Shown one piece after another: positions 9,998-20,388 of a DNA stretch of 64,000 nt. Within the stretch, counting starts at the first letter, position 1. Every line of letters starts with the position of its first letter. The notes below the pieces were generated by a model, which had not been told where the DNA came from, made no database searches, and saw only the letters and a list, made by a program, of their open reading frames with translations. The stretch comes from an uncultured Candidatus Rokubacteria bacterium (GTDB lineage Bacteria > Methylomirabilota > Methylomirabilia > Rokubacteriales > CSP1-6), in assembly GCA_963758635.1 (NCBI GenBank), contig CAVWWD010000005.1, positions 608,001 through 672,000 on the forward strand. Reading direction: 5' to 3'. The translations under genes and the position numbers were made by a program.

Positions 9998-10978
9998 CTA
10001 GAAGGCGAGGGTCTGTCGGGCCGCGGTCACGAGGCGCGCCACGTCGGGCAGGTTCGCGCGCTCGCGCGCGAACCCGACGAAGGGCAGGTCGTAGCCGGCC
10101 ACCCGGGCCACCGGCGCCTCCAGGAACAGGAACGCGCCCTCCATGATGCTGGCGGCGATCTCCGCTCCGGGGCCGAAGCTCCGCGGCGCCTCGTGGACGA
10201 CGACGGCGCGGCCGGTCTTCTGCACGGACGCGGCGATCGTCGCCCGATCCAGCGGCGACAGGGTCAGAAGGTCGATCACCTCGGCCTCCACGCCATCGGC
10301 CTCGTGGAGCGTCTCCGCCGCCTCCCGCGCCACCCGCACCATGGCGCCGTAGGCGACCAGCGTGATGTCGCGTCCCTCGCGCACGACCTGCGCCTGGCCG
10401 ATCGGGAGCGTCTCCGGCTCGTCGGGCACCTCCTCGCGCGCCGCGTGATAGAGCGCCTTGGCCTCGAAGAAGACGACGGGGTCGGGATCGCGGATGGCGC
10501 TGGCGAGGAGCGCGCGGGCGTTCCGCGGCGCCGAGGGCACGACCATCTTGAGGCCGGGGATGTGCGCGTAGAACTGCTCCTCGCTCTCCGAATGGTGCTC
10601 GAGCGCGCGGACGCCGCCGCCGTACGGCATGCGGACGACCATCTGGCAGTGGAAGCGCCCCATCGTCCGCATGCGGTAGCGCGCGGCATGGTTCTCGATC
10701 TGGTGGAAGCACTGGAAGGCGAAGCCCGAGAACTGGATCTCGCAGATGGGCTTGAGCCCGTAGATCGCCATCCCGACCGAGGCGCCGACGATGGCCGCCT
10801 CGGCGAGGGGGCTGTCGATCACGCGCTGGGAACCGAACTTCCGCTGGAGGTCGTCGGTGACCCGGAAGACGCCGCCGTCGACACCGACGTCCTCGCCGAG
10901 GATGATCACGTCGGGGTCGCGGTCCATCTCCTGCAGGAGCGCGAGGTTCAGCGCCTTGACCATGTTGAGCTTGGTCAT
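9998..10978 (-). CDS. pdhB: 2-oxoacid dehydrogenase E1 beta subunit
   Basis: MTKLNMVKALN...GEDVGVDGGVFRVT...SPLAEAAIVG...EIQFSGF. Confidence 0.9.
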   Translation of the reverse strand: MTKLNMVKALNLALLQEMDRDPDVIILGEDVGVDGGVFRVTDDLQRKFGSQRVIDSPLAEAAIVGASVGMAIYGLKPICEIQFSGFAFQCFHQIENHAARYRMRTMGRFHCQMVVRMPYGGGVRALEHHSESEEQFYAHIPGLKMVVPSAPRNARALLASAIRDPDPVVFFEAKALYHAAREEVPDEPETLPIGQAQVVREGRDITLVAYGAMVRVAREAAETLHEADGVEAEVIDLLTLSPLDRATIAASVQKTGRAVVVHEAPRSFGPGAEIAASIMEGAFLFLEAPVARVAGYDLPFVGFARERANLPDVARLVTAARQTLAF

Positions 10979-11012
10979 CGGCGTCTCCGCGTCGCCGCCG
11001 GCCCCTGCGGGC

Positions 11013-12159
11013 TCATCGCCGCGGCTGGCGCTGCCCGCGCATGGGCACGGCGTCTTCGGGGGAGGTGGCGGGCTCGGCGGTCGGCCCGGCACCGCCCTCG
11101 CCGAGTCGCGCGATCATCTCCGCCCGCTGTGCCTCGAGCGAGGCGGGCCGCTCGGCGTACGCGTGATCGAAGGCCACGAGGGGATCGGCGGGCGGCACCG
11201 ACTCGAAGCGTCGGACGGCCCCGGAGATCTCGGCGTCCACCGCGGCCTCGACCGTCTCGTCGAGGAGTCCTTTACCCTCCAGGTACGCGCGGAAGCGGGT
11301 GAGCGGGTCCTTCCGCTCCCACGCCCGCACCTCCTCCTCGGAGCGGTACTTGGTGGGGTCGTCGGCCGTCGTGTGCACGCTCATCCGGTAGGTCACGCAC
11401 TCGATGAGGGTGGGGCCCTCGCCCGCGCGGGCGCGGTCGACGGCCTCGCGCGTCGCCGCGTGCACGGCCAGGATGTCGTTGCCGTCGACCTGGCTCCCGG
11501 GGAAGCCGTAGGCGAAGGCCTTCTGCGCGATGCGTCCGCGAGTGCGTCTGCTTCTTGAGCGGGACCGAGATCGCCCACTGGTTGTTCTGGCACACGAAGA
11601 CGACGGGCACGTGCCAGACCCCGGCGAAGTTGAGGGCCTCGTGGAAGTCGCCCTCGGAGGTGGCGCCGTCGCCGAAGTAGACCATCACCACCGCGTCGTC
11701 GCCCCGGTACTGGGCGGCGTAGGCGATGCCGACGGCGTGCGGTAGCTGGGTGGCGACGGGAATCGTGATCGGCAGGTCGCGCTGGTCCGGCTCGGGCTGG
11801 GCGCCCTCGAGGCGACCGGCGAAGAACAGCAGGATCTTCTCGATGGGCCAGCCACGCCAGAGCATCGCCGCCGTCTCGCGAAACGACGGCACCATCCAGT
11901 CCGTGGGACGCAGCGCGCTGATGCTGCCGACCTGCGCGGCCTCCTGGCCCTTGATCGGCGCGAACGTGCCGATGCGGCCTTGACGCTGCAGCCGCACCAT
12001 CCGCTCGTCCACGCGGCGCCCGAGCACCATGGCCCGGTACATCCGGAGCAGCTCATCGGCGGGGATCTTCGGCTCGAGGGCAGCGTCCAGGTTTCCGTCG
12101 GCGTCGAGGACGGAAAGGTACGAGACGGGAGAGGCGGGCTGGCTGACGCTTCTCGGCAT
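11013..12159 (-). CDS. pdhA: 2-oxoacid dehydrogenase E1 alpha subunit (1-nt frameshift near 11533)
   Basis: GDGATSEGDFHEALNFA...QNNQWAIS TPP motif; continues in another frame as IAQKAFAYGFPGSQVDGND...HTTADDPTKYR. Confidence 0.9.
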
Positions 12160-12246
12160 GCGCGTCCTGCGCTCCGGCGGTCCGGCGGGAAGTCAAAGGG
12201 GGCCCGCGGGGGCCCCCTCACGCTCCTTCGGCGGGGACGATCGCCC

Positions 12247-12459
12247 CTAGTGACACCCGCAGCCGCCTCCGCAGCAGCCGCCGCCCATCCCGCCGGCCGC
12301 CGGCCCATCGCTCGCGCGGGTGCCGGCCATCGCCCGGAACATCGAGAGGCGCCGGGTTACCCTGGGGCTGTCGCACGTCGGGCACGCCACGACGGTGCGG
12401 CTGTCCACCAGCTTCTCGAACTCGGCCCCGCACTCGCACCGGTACTCGTAGATGGGCAC
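12247..12459 (-). CDS. FmdB-family zinc-ribbon protein
   Basis: MPIYEYRCECGAEFEKLV...CPTCDS; C-terminal GCCGGGCGCH. Confidence 0.9.
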   Translation of the reverse strand: MPIYEYRCECGAEFEKLVDSRTVVACPTCDSPRVTRRLSMFRAMAGTRASDGPAAGGMGGGCCGGGCGCH

Positions 12460-12461
12460 CG

Positions 12462-12665
12462 CTATTCGCCTCCACGCTGGACGTAGCTCTTCACGAACTC
12501 CTCGGCGTTCTCCTCGAGGATGTCGTCGATCTCGTCCAGCAGGTTGTCCAGGTCTTCCTTGATCTTCTTACCCTTCTTGGTCAGCTCCGCGCTGCCGCCC
12601 GAAGAGGCGTCATCCCCTTCCGCCGGCTTGTTCGGTCTCGTCTCCTTCTTCTTCTGCTCTGCCAT
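12462..12665 (-). CDS. pup: prokaryotic ubiquitin-like protein Pup
   Basis: C-terminus DNLLDEIDDILEENAEEFVKSYVQRGGE matches the Pup signature; 67 aa; GGAGG RBS. Confidence 0.9.
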   Translation of the reverse strand: MAEQKKKETRPNKPAEGDDASSGGSAELTKKGKKIKEDLDNLLDEIDDILEENAEEFVKSYVQRGGE

Positions 12666-12701
12666 GGACCTGTCCTCCCGGCTCCCCGAGGGGGCGACCC
12701 C

Positions 12702-13253
12702 CTAGACCGTGGGGAGCACTATCCCCTGCTGTGCCTGGTACTTCCCCTTGCGGTCGGCGTACGAGACCTCGCACGCCTCGTCTGACTCGAAGAATAGCAC
12801 CTGCGCAATGCCCTCGTTGGCGTAGATTTTCGCGGGCAGCGGCGTGGTGTTGGACACCTCGAGCGTCACGAACCCCTCCCACTCCGGCTCGAACGGCGTG
12901 ACGTTCGTGATGATGCCGCACCGCGCATACGTCGATTTCCCTACACACAGTGTGATCACGTTGCGCGGGATCTTGAAGTACTCGACGGAGCGGCCGAGCG
13001 CGAACGAGTTGGGCGGGATGATGCAGACCGCGCCCTGGAAGTCCACGAAGGAGCGCGGGTCGAAGGCCTTCGGATCGACGATCGTGTTGTTGATGTTGGT
13101 GAAGATCTTGAACTCGTCGGAGATCCGGAGGTCGTAGCCGTACGAGGAGACGCCGAAGGAGATGCCGCCCTGCCGGACCTGGCGCTCCTCGAACGGCTTG
13201 ATCATGCCGTGCTCGAGCGCCATCCGCTTGATCCAGCGATCGCTCTTGACCAC
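12702..13253 (-). CDS. dcd: dCTP deaminase
   Basis: [43 protein letters not shown]; probable GTG start at 13253. Confidence 0.95.
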   Translation of the reverse strand: MVKSDRWIKRMALEHGMIKPFEERQVRQGGISFGVSSYGYDLRISDEFKIFTNINNTIVDPKAFDPRSFVDFQGAVCIIPPNSFALGRSVEYFKIPRNVITLCVGKSTYARCGIITNVTPFEPEWEGFVTLEVSNTTPLPAKIYANEGIAQVLFFESDEACEVSYADRKGKYQAQQGIVLPTV

Positions 13254-13356
13254 CGTGCGGCCATGGTACTCGTGGCCGCGGCGACGGGTCAAGCCCGCCG
13301 ATGGGAAAACGGCGGTCACGGCGGCCCCGTCGAGCCGCCGTGACGCCCGGGACGCG

Positions 13357-14016
13357 CTACTTCGGCTGCGGGACGATGCGGATGTAGGGCTTCGGCGACT
13401 TCCAGCCCGCCGGGTACGTCTGCTTGGCCTCGTCGTCCGAGACCGCCGGCACGATGATCACGTCGCCGCCCTGCTTCCAGTTCACCGGGGTCGCCACCTT
13501 GTGCTTGGCGGTGAGCTGGCAGGAGTCGAGGAGCCGCAGCACCTCGTCGAAGTTGCGGCCGGTGCTCATCGGATACGTGAGCATCGCCTTGACCTTCTTG
13601 TCCGGCCCGATGAGGAAGACCGAGCGGACGGTGGCGTTGTCGGCGGCGGTGCGACCCTGCGACGAGGCGCCCGCGCCTTCCGGCAGCATGTCGTACGCCT
13701 TCGCCACGCTCAGGTCGGGATCGCCGATCATCGGATAGGTCACGGCGTGCCCCTGCGTCTCCTCGATGTCCTTGGACCACTTCTGGTGGTCGGCCACCGG
13801 GTCCACGCTGAGGCCGATGATCTTGCAGTTGCGCTTGTCGAATTCCGGCTTGAGCCCGGCCATGTAGCCGAGCTCCGTGGTGCACACCGGCGTGAAGTCC
13901 TTCGGGTGCGAGAAGAGGATGGCCCACCCGCTGCCGATCCAGTCGTGGAAGGTGATCTTCCCCTGCGTGGTATCCGCCGTGAAGTTGGGAGCCTCGCTGT
14001 TGATCCTCAGAGCCAT
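13357..14016 (-). CDS. 1-Cys peroxiredoxin (Prx6 family)
   Basis: [30 protein letters not shown]. Confidence 0.95.
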   Translation of the reverse strand: MALRINSEAPNFTADTTQGKITFHDWIGSGWAILFSHPKDFTPVCTTELGYMAGLKPEFDKRNCKIIGLSVDPVADHQKWSKDIEETQGHAVTYPMIGDPDLSVAKAYDMLPEGAGASSQGRTAADNATVRSVFLIGPDKKVKAMLTYPMSTGRNFDEVLRLLDSCQLTAKHKVATPVNWKQGGDVIIVPAVSDDEAKQTYPAGWKSPKPYIRIVPQPK

Positions 14017-14192
14017 GATCCACCTCCGCGTCCGTGACGCATCATCAGAATGGCCGGCGTCCCGGGATGGGACGGCCGGAAACGGGGGCGCCTCCCCTGG
14101 CCCGCCCGCGGCGGCCGGGCGCCCGCCTCGACTGCCTCCCGCTGAACCGCGGGAGGAGCGCTTTCAGTGATACTCCCGGCCGCCCACGAGAG

Positions 14193-14485
14193 TCAAACGC
14201 CGACCCGGTATCGCCTGACCAGCGCCTCGTCGAGGACGAGCCCGAAGCCCGGCCCGACGGACGTCCATCAGACCGTCCTTGATCGGCGGACGGTTCGCCC
14301 ACAGCGTCTGCCACGTCCTCGCGGTTGTCCCCGTTGTAGACCTCGCTCACGCGACCGGCGTCGGTGCGCATCCGCGTGATGACGGCGGACCGCTTCAGGA
14401 CGGCGTACGTGCTCCCGCCGAAGTTCCGGGTCAGCGGGATGTCGACGGCGATCGCCTCGACGCCCTCGATGCGCACCGGCGTCAC
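14193..14485 (-). pseudogene. internally deleted mandelate racemase/enolase-superfamily gene
   Basis: N-terminal VRIEGVEAIAVDIPLTRNFGGSTYAVLKRSAVITRMRTDAG joined directly to C-terminal WQTLWANRPPIKDGLMDV..GFGLVLDEALVRRYRV; barrel domain missing. Confidence 0.7.
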
Positions 14486-15291
14486 CGCCCCTTGAAGGCC
14501 GGCTTCCGCTTCTCCACGAAGGCCTTCGCCGACTCCTGGAAGTCCTCGGTGAGGTGCAGGCCCAGGCCCTGGGTGTAGAGCTTCGACTGGCGCTGCATCT
14601 CCTGGGCGAACCATCGCATCACCCGGACGTTGGCGCGGACGGCGAGCGGCGGGTTCTCGATGATCTGCGCGGCGAGGGCCTCGGCGGCCGGGATCAGCTC
14701 ATCCTGGGGCACCACCCGGTTCACCATCCCGTGCTGGAGCGCCTCCTCGGCGGTGAACATGCGGCCGGTCAGCGCGATCTCGTTGGCGAAGCGGCTGCCC
14801 GTCCAGAACCAGGTCACCACCCAGTGCTGCGCGCCGCCGAGCCCGCGCTGCACCTCCCGGATCTGGAACCTGGTGCCCGCGGCGGCCACGACGAGGTCGC
14901 ACGACTGCGTCAGCATGTAGCCGAGGCCCAGCGCGTAGCCGTGGACGGCGGCGATCACCGGCTTCCAGTTCACGGTCTCCCCGAGGCCGTTGTCCCGCGA
15001 CCGCCGGCCCGCCGGGCCGCCGAGCCGGCGCAGCTCCTCGCGCGTGCGGAGCTGCCGCTGCTTCACGTCCGCGCCCGAGCAGAACGCGCGGCCGGCGCCG
15101 GAGATGATCGCGACGTGGAGCGCGGGGTCGGCGTCGAACTCGAACAGCGCGTCGTTCACGTCCTCCACGAGCTGGTCGCTCGCCGCGTTGAGCTTCTCGG
15201 GGCGGTTCAGCACGATGTGACAGATCGGGCCGGCGGTCCGGTAGAGCACGTTCTCGAAGGTCGGGGCGCCGGCGCGGTCGGAACTCGGCAT
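14482..15291 (-). CDS. enoyl-CoA hydratase/isomerase family protein
   Basis: LNRPEKLNA, GRAFCSGADV, KPVIAAVHGYALGLG, AFVEKRKPAFKGR. Confidence 0.9.
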   Translation of the reverse strand: MPSSDRAGAPTFENVLYRTAGPICHIVLNRPEKLNAASDQLVEDVNDALFEFDADPALHVAIISGAGRAFCSGADVKQRQLRTREELRRLGGPAGRRSRDNGLGETVNWKPVIAAVHGYALGLGYMLTQSCDLVVAAAGTRFQIREVQRGLGGAQHWVVTWFWTGSRFANEIALTGRMFTAEEALQHGMVNRVVPQDELIPAAEALAAQIIENPPLAVRANVRVMRWFAQEMQRQSKLYTQGLGLHLTEDFQESAKAFVEKRKPAFKGR

Positions 15292-15355
15292 GGCGGTATC
15301 TCCTCTTCTACAACGGTGAGTTTCTGAATGGGAAGGCGCGGCGACAGCTCGACGG

Positions 15356-16273
15356 TCACCCGCGTGCAGGCTCGTCGAGCGCCTCGGCGATCGTGCCCGC
15401 GGCGTCCACCGAGAGGACCAGCGCGCGGCCGGGCTGACCGGCACGCCGGAGCGCGTCCTCCATCGCCTGCGCGACCGTGGCCCCGGGCTCCCGCGTCACG
15501 GCCAGGAGCGACGGCCCCGCCCCGGACAGCGCGCAGGCGATCGCCCCCGCGCGCACGGCGGCGGGAATCACGTCGACGAGCCATGGGAAGAGCTTGAAGC
15601 GGTACGGCTGGTGGAGCCGGTCGTCCATGGCCACGCCGAGGAGGTCCGCGCGTCCGGCAGCGAGCGAGGCGAGGAGCAGGCTGACGCGCTGGAGGTTGAA
15701 CACCGCGTCGGCCCGCGCGTAGCTGTCGGGCAGCGCGGCGCGCGCCTCGGCCGTCGAGCCCTCGGCGTCGGGCACGAGCACCACCCAGGCGAGCCCGGCG
15801 GGCACCGGCACCGTCGCCGCCGCGACCTCGGTGCCGGTCCAGCAGGACACGGTGAGCCCGCCGAGGAGCGTGGCGGTGACGTTGTCGGGATGACCTTCCG
15901 CGGTGGCGGCGAGACGGAGCACGGTCGCCCGGTCGAGCGGCGAGCCGAGCAGCGCGTTGCCGCCGGCGATCCCCGCCACCCACGCCGCCGCGCTCGATCC
16001 GAGCCCGCGGCTGGTCGGGATCCGGTTCACGCACGAGAGGCGGAGGCCGCGGAAGGGGCGTCCCGCCGCCTCGTACGCCATGCGCGCGCCGCGCGCCACG
16101 ACGTTGTCGGCGCCGGTGTCGAGGCGTCCCGCGCCTTCGCCCTCGATGGCGACGGACACGCCGGGGGCCTCCTCGAGCGTCACCTCGTTGTGAAGCGACA
16201 ACGCGAGGCCGAGCACGTCGAATCCCGGTCCGAGGTTCGCGGAGGTCGCGGGCACCCGCACACGCACGCGCAT
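15356..16273 (-). CDS. thrB: homoserine kinase
   Basis: VPATSANLGPGFDVLG, PTSRGLGSSAA, EGHPDNV, DRLHQPYR, SGAGPS. Confidence 0.95.
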   Translation of the reverse strand: MRVRVRVPATSANLGPGFDVLGLALSLHNEVTLEEAPGVSVAIEGEGAGRLDTGADNVVARGARMAYEAAGRPFRGLRLSCVNRIPTSRGLGSSAAAWVAGIAGGNALLGSPLDRATVLRLAATAEGHPDNVTATLLGGLTVSCWTGTEVAAATVPVPAGLAWVVLVPDAEGSTAEARAALPDSYARADAVFNLQRVSLLLASLAAGRADLLGVAMDDRLHQPYRFKLFPWLVDVIPAAVRAGAIACALSGAGPSLLAVTREPGATVAQAMEDALRRAGQPGRALVLSVDAAGTIAEALDEPARG

Positions 16274-16288
16274 GCGGCAGAGACTACC

Positions 16289-17026
16289 TTACAGGCGCTT
16301 GAGCAGCCAGTCCGGCGTGAGGCTGATGGCCCACGAGTTGAGGACGACGTAGTAGTTGCTCGCCACGAGCGCGCCCACGGCCACGAGGAGCACACCGGCG
16401 ACACGCTCGACGGTGGGGATGAACGGGCGATAGCCCTTGAAGAACCGGAGGAACCGCCCGAGGGCCAGCGAGAAGAGGAGGAACGGGACCCCGAGCCCGG
16501 CCGAGTACGCGAGCAGCAGGGCCACGCCCTGCTGCACCGTCCGGTCGTTGCCGGCGAGGGTGAGGATCGAGCCCAGCACGGGCCCGACGCACGGCGTCCA
16601 CCCGATGGCGAACGTCAGGCCCACCGCGAACGAGCCCAGGAACCCGGCCGGCTTGTTCTTGAGCGAGACCTGGGCGTAGCGGCCGAACACGCCGATGCGC
16701 AGCACGCCCGCGATGTACAGCCCGAAGACCACGATGAGGAGCCCGCCGCCGATGCGGATCGCGTCCCGGTAGTCGAAGAAGAACTGCCCGGCCGCGCTGA
16801 ACGAAGCGCCAAGGCTCACGAACACGACGGTGAAGCCGGCCACGAACGCGGCGGAGTGACCGAGCACGCGCGACCGCTCGGATGCGTCCGCGTCGGCGGT
16901 GAGCCGGTCCACGGACATGCCGGTGATGAACGAGAGATAGGAGGGAAACAGGGGCAGCACGCACGGCGAGAGGAACGAGAACAGTCCCGCGGAGAACGCC
17001 ACCAGTACCCCGAGCGACTCGCTCAT
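16289..17026 (-). CDS. ccdA: cytochrome c biogenesis protein CcdA
   Basis: SFLSPCVLPLFP and GWTPCVGPVLG; six TM helices. Confidence 0.95.
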   Translation of the reverse strand: MSESLGVLVAFSAGLFSFLSPCVLPLFPSYLSFITGMSVDRLTADADASERSRVLGHSAAFVAGFTVVFVSLGASFSAAGQFFFDYRDAIRIGGGLLIVVFGLYIAGVLRIGVFGRYAQVSLKNKPAGFLGSFAVGLTFAIGWTPCVGPVLGSILTLAGNDRTVQQGVALLLAYSAGLGVPFLLFSLALGRFLRFFKGYRPFIPTVERVAGVLLVAVGALVASNYYVVLNSWAISLTPDWLLKRL

Positions 17027-17054
17027 GACCGGAGACGGCTCACGTGAGGAGGGC

Positions 17055-17595
17055 TCACTTGAGGAGCGCGCCGAAGAGGGCGGCCGCGCCGGGGCCGTCC
17101 CACTCGCGCGGGCCGTTCGCGGCGAGGACGCGCCGGCCGGAGCGGTCGATGATGACGCTGGTGGGAAGGGCCCACACGCCCCACGCGCCGCTCACCGTCA
17201 GGCGCGGGTCGAGCCCGACGGGGAACGTGAGCTTGTGCCGCGCCACGAATGGACGCACCACCGATGCGCCGTCCGCGTCGAGCGACACCGCGAGCACGAC
17301 CAGGCCCTGCGATTTGAACCGCTGGTACAGGCGCTCGAGCCCGGGCATCTCCTCCTCGCAGGGCTTGCACCACGTGGCCCAGAAGTTGAGGAAGACGACC
17401 TTGCCCTTGAAGTCCGACACGCGGAGCGTGGCGTCGTCCGCGGTGCCGACCGGGACGTCTCGGCGTCGGCCGCGCCGAGGCGGGCCGCGTGAGGCCGAGC
17501 GCCTTGGCCGGATCGCCCCCCGCGCTCGCCGCCGGGCTCGGCGCGGCCGTCCCGAGGGCGAGCGGCACGATCAGGAGGCCGGCGGGCCATCGCAT
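17055..17595 (-). CDS. TlpA/ResA-family redoxin (1-nt frameshift near 17460)
   Basis: Signal peptide in one frame, DFKGKVVFLNFWATWCKPCEEEMP in the next; adjacent to ccdA. Confidence 0.85.
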
Positions 17596-17660
17596 GGCGG
17601 CAGTATACAGATGCGCCCCACGCGAGGCGACGCCGCCGCCTGTGGTAGGGTCGAAACGCC

Positions 17661-18350
17661 ATGAGCCGCCTATACAACGTCATCACCTTCGACTGCTACG
17701 GCACCCTGATCGACTGGGAGGCGGGCATCGCCTCGGCGTTCGCCGCGGCCACGCGCCGGTCGCGACCCGTCGACGTGCGGGCCGCGGTCGCGCTCCACGC
17801 CGAGATCGAGCCCGTGGTGGAGGCCGAGGCGTTCCGCGGCTACCGGGAGGTCCTCACCGAGACGGCACGGCGGGTCGCCGCCCGCCTCGACTGGCCCCTG
17901 CCGGACGGGAACGCCGGGTTCCTGGCCGAGAGCTTGCCGGCCTGGCTGCCGTTCCCCGACACGAACCGCGCGCTCCGTCGGATCGCCGGCGCCGGCTACC
18001 GCCTCGGTATCCTCTCCAACGTGGACGACGGCCTTCTCGTCTGGAGCCGCCGGCACCTCGGCGCGTTCTTCGAGATCGTGGTCACCGCCGAGCAGGTGCG
18101 CTCCTACAAGCCGGCGCCCGGTCATTTCATCGAGGCAAAGACGCGCATCGGTGGCGCCACCTGGCTCCACGTCGCCCAGAGCTACTTCCACGACGTGGTC
18201 CCCGCTCACGCGCTCGGCGTTCCCGTCGCCTGGATCAACCGGAAGAAGCAGCCTCGGGCGGGCGCCGCGCGGCCCGATCGCGAGTTCACCGACCTGCAGG
18301 GCCTCGCCGACTGGCTGACCGAATCCCAGGACGCGCGCTTGACTGCATAG
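17661..18350 (+). CDS. HAD-superfamily hydrolase (haloacid dehalogenase-like)
   Basis: TFDCYGTLIDWE, LSNVD, SYKPAPGHF, HVAQSYFHDV. Confidence 0.9.
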   Translation: MSRLYNVITFDCYGTLIDWEAGIASAFAAATRRSRPVDVRAAVALHAEIEPVVEAEAFRGYREVLTETARRVAARLDWPLPDGNAGFLAESLPAWLPFPDTNRALRRIAGAGYRLGILSNVDDGLLVWSRRHLGAFFEIVVTAEQVRSYKPAPGHFIEAKTRIGGATWLHVAQSYFHDVVPAHALGVPVAWINRKKQPRAGAARPDREFTDLQGLADWLTESQDARLTA

Positions 18351-18422
18351 CAGTAGGCGCATATCTAGTGGACACCGGCGCCGGCCGGGCGTCGATTCCA
18401 CGCCATCGCTGGGAGGGTCACG

Positions 18423-20217
18423 ATGGATGAGCATGCGCTTCGCGAGCTGATCTCCGAGGTGAGGACCGGACGGCTGGGACGCCGCCGGTTCGTGCAGACC
18501 ATGGTGGGCCTGGGCCTCACCGCGCCGATGGCGACCCAGCTGCTCGCCGGCGCGGGCCAAGCGCACGCCCAGCCGTCGAGGACGGCCGGGTTCAGCCCGA
18601 CGCGGCGCGGCGGGGGCGGGCCGCTCCGCCTCCTCTGGTGGCAGGCGCCGACCCTGCTGAACCCGCACTTCGGAACAGGCACCAAGGACCTGGACGCCTC
18701 GCGCATCTTCCACGAGCCCCTCGCCGCCCATGACCCCGACGGCAACCCCATCGCCGTGCTCGCCGCCGAGGTGCCGAGCGTCGCCAACGGGGGGCTCGAC
18801 CGGAACGGGATGTGGGTGATCTGGAACCTCAAGAAGGGCGTGCAATGGCACGACGGCAAGCCCTTCACCGCCGATGACGTCGTGTTCAACTGGGAGTTCG
18901 CCGCCGACCCCGCCAGCGCCAGCGTGTGGCTCGGGGCCACGCGCGAGATCGCCCGCGTCGACAAGCTGTCGGACGTCTGCGGTCAAGGTCGCGTTCAAGC
19001 AGCCAACGCCGTTCTGGCACTACGCCTTCTGCGGGAACTTCCAGATGATTCCCAAGCACCTGTTCGAGGCGTACCGGGGCGGCAAGTCGCGCGAGGCCCC
19101 CGCGAACACGCGGCCGGTGGGCACCGGCCCCTACCGCTTCGTCGACTTCAAGCCCGGAGACATGATCCGGGCCGAGATCAACCCCGCCTACCACGTGCCC
19201 AACCGCCCGTTCTTCGACACGCTGGAGATGAAGGGCGGCGGGGACGCCGTGTCGGCGGCGCGCGCCGTGCTCCAGACGGGCGAGTACGACTACGCGTGGA
19301 ACATGCAGGTGGAGGACGAGGTGCTCCGCCGCCTGGAGCAGGGGGGAAAGGGCCGCGTGGAGCTCTGGGCGACCGGAGGGATCGAGCACATCCAGTGCAA
19401 CTTCACCGATCCGTGGAAGGAGGTGGATGGCGAGCGGTCCAGCGTCAAGACGACCCACCCCTTCCTCGCCGATCCCGCCGTCCGCCAGGCCCTGAACCTG
19501 CTCGTGGACCGCGCGGCGGTCCAGGAGCAGATCTACGGTCGCCAGGGGCAGACCACGGCCAACTACCTCAACGCGCCCTCGGTCTACAGCTCGAGGAACA
19601 CGCGATGGGAGTTCAACGTCGACCGGGCCAGCCAGATCCTCGAGGCCGCGGGCTGGAAGCGAGGCGCCGACGGAGTCCGGGCCAAGGACGGCAGGAAGCT
19701 CAAGATGGTGTTCCAGACCTCCATCAACGCGCCGAGGCAGAAGACGCAGCAGATCGTGAAGCAGGCGGCGACCAAAGCCGGCATCGACCTGGAACTGAAG
19801 TCGGTGGTCGCCTCCGTCTTCTTCGCCTCCGACCCGGCCAACCCTGACACCTACTCGCACTTCTCCACGGACCTGCAGATGTACAACGCCGGCACCGGTG
19901 TCGACCCCCAGTCCGGCATGCGAAAGTTCACGTCGTGGGAGGTCTCGCAGAAGGACAACAAGTGGGCGGGGCGCAACATCACGCCGCTGGCGCAGCGAGG
20001 AGTACGACCGGCTGTACCGGGCCGCCGAGACCGAGATGGACCCGGTGAAGCGCGCCGCTCATGTTCATCCGGATGAACGATCTGCTCATCGCAGAACGTC
20101 GTGGTGATCCCCGTCCTCTGGCGAAACGGCGTCGGCGCCGCCACGGGCCGGCTGCGCTTCGACCCGTCAGGATGGGACTCGACGCTCTGGCGACTCGCGT
20201 ACTGGCACAAGGCCTGA
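18423..20217 (+). CDS. peptide ABC transporter substrate-binding protein, copy 1 (frameshifts near 18977, 19984, 20060, 20091)
   Basis: GRRRFVQ Tat-like signal, WHDGKPFTADDVVFNW, PVGTGPYRF; colinear with the paralog at 20389. Confidence 0.85.
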
Positions 20218-20302
20218 GACGACGACCCCAGAACCGCGGGACCTGGCGCCCGGTGCCGGGGGCACGCCCGAGCGTCCACGCCCCGGAAACCCGCGCCATG
20301 TC

Positions 20303-20331
20303 TTGACAGTTTGTTCCTCGAAGTCTATAAG
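20303..20331 (+). promoter_or_regulatory. sigma70 promoter of second binding-protein operon
   Basis: TTGACA-17 nt-TATAAG, 57 nt upstream of ATG 20389. Confidence 0.75.
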
Positions 20332-20388
20332 TGACCATCCGGCGTCAGGGCTCCGCATCGTGACGCCAACTCCCCAGGAGGCTCCTGC

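Noticed and set aside
4479..17595. Further Sec codons in the TlpA proteins, peroxiredoxin or FmdB
   Set aside because: All active-site positions are ordinary Cys codons (WCEPC, WCKPC, PVCTTE)
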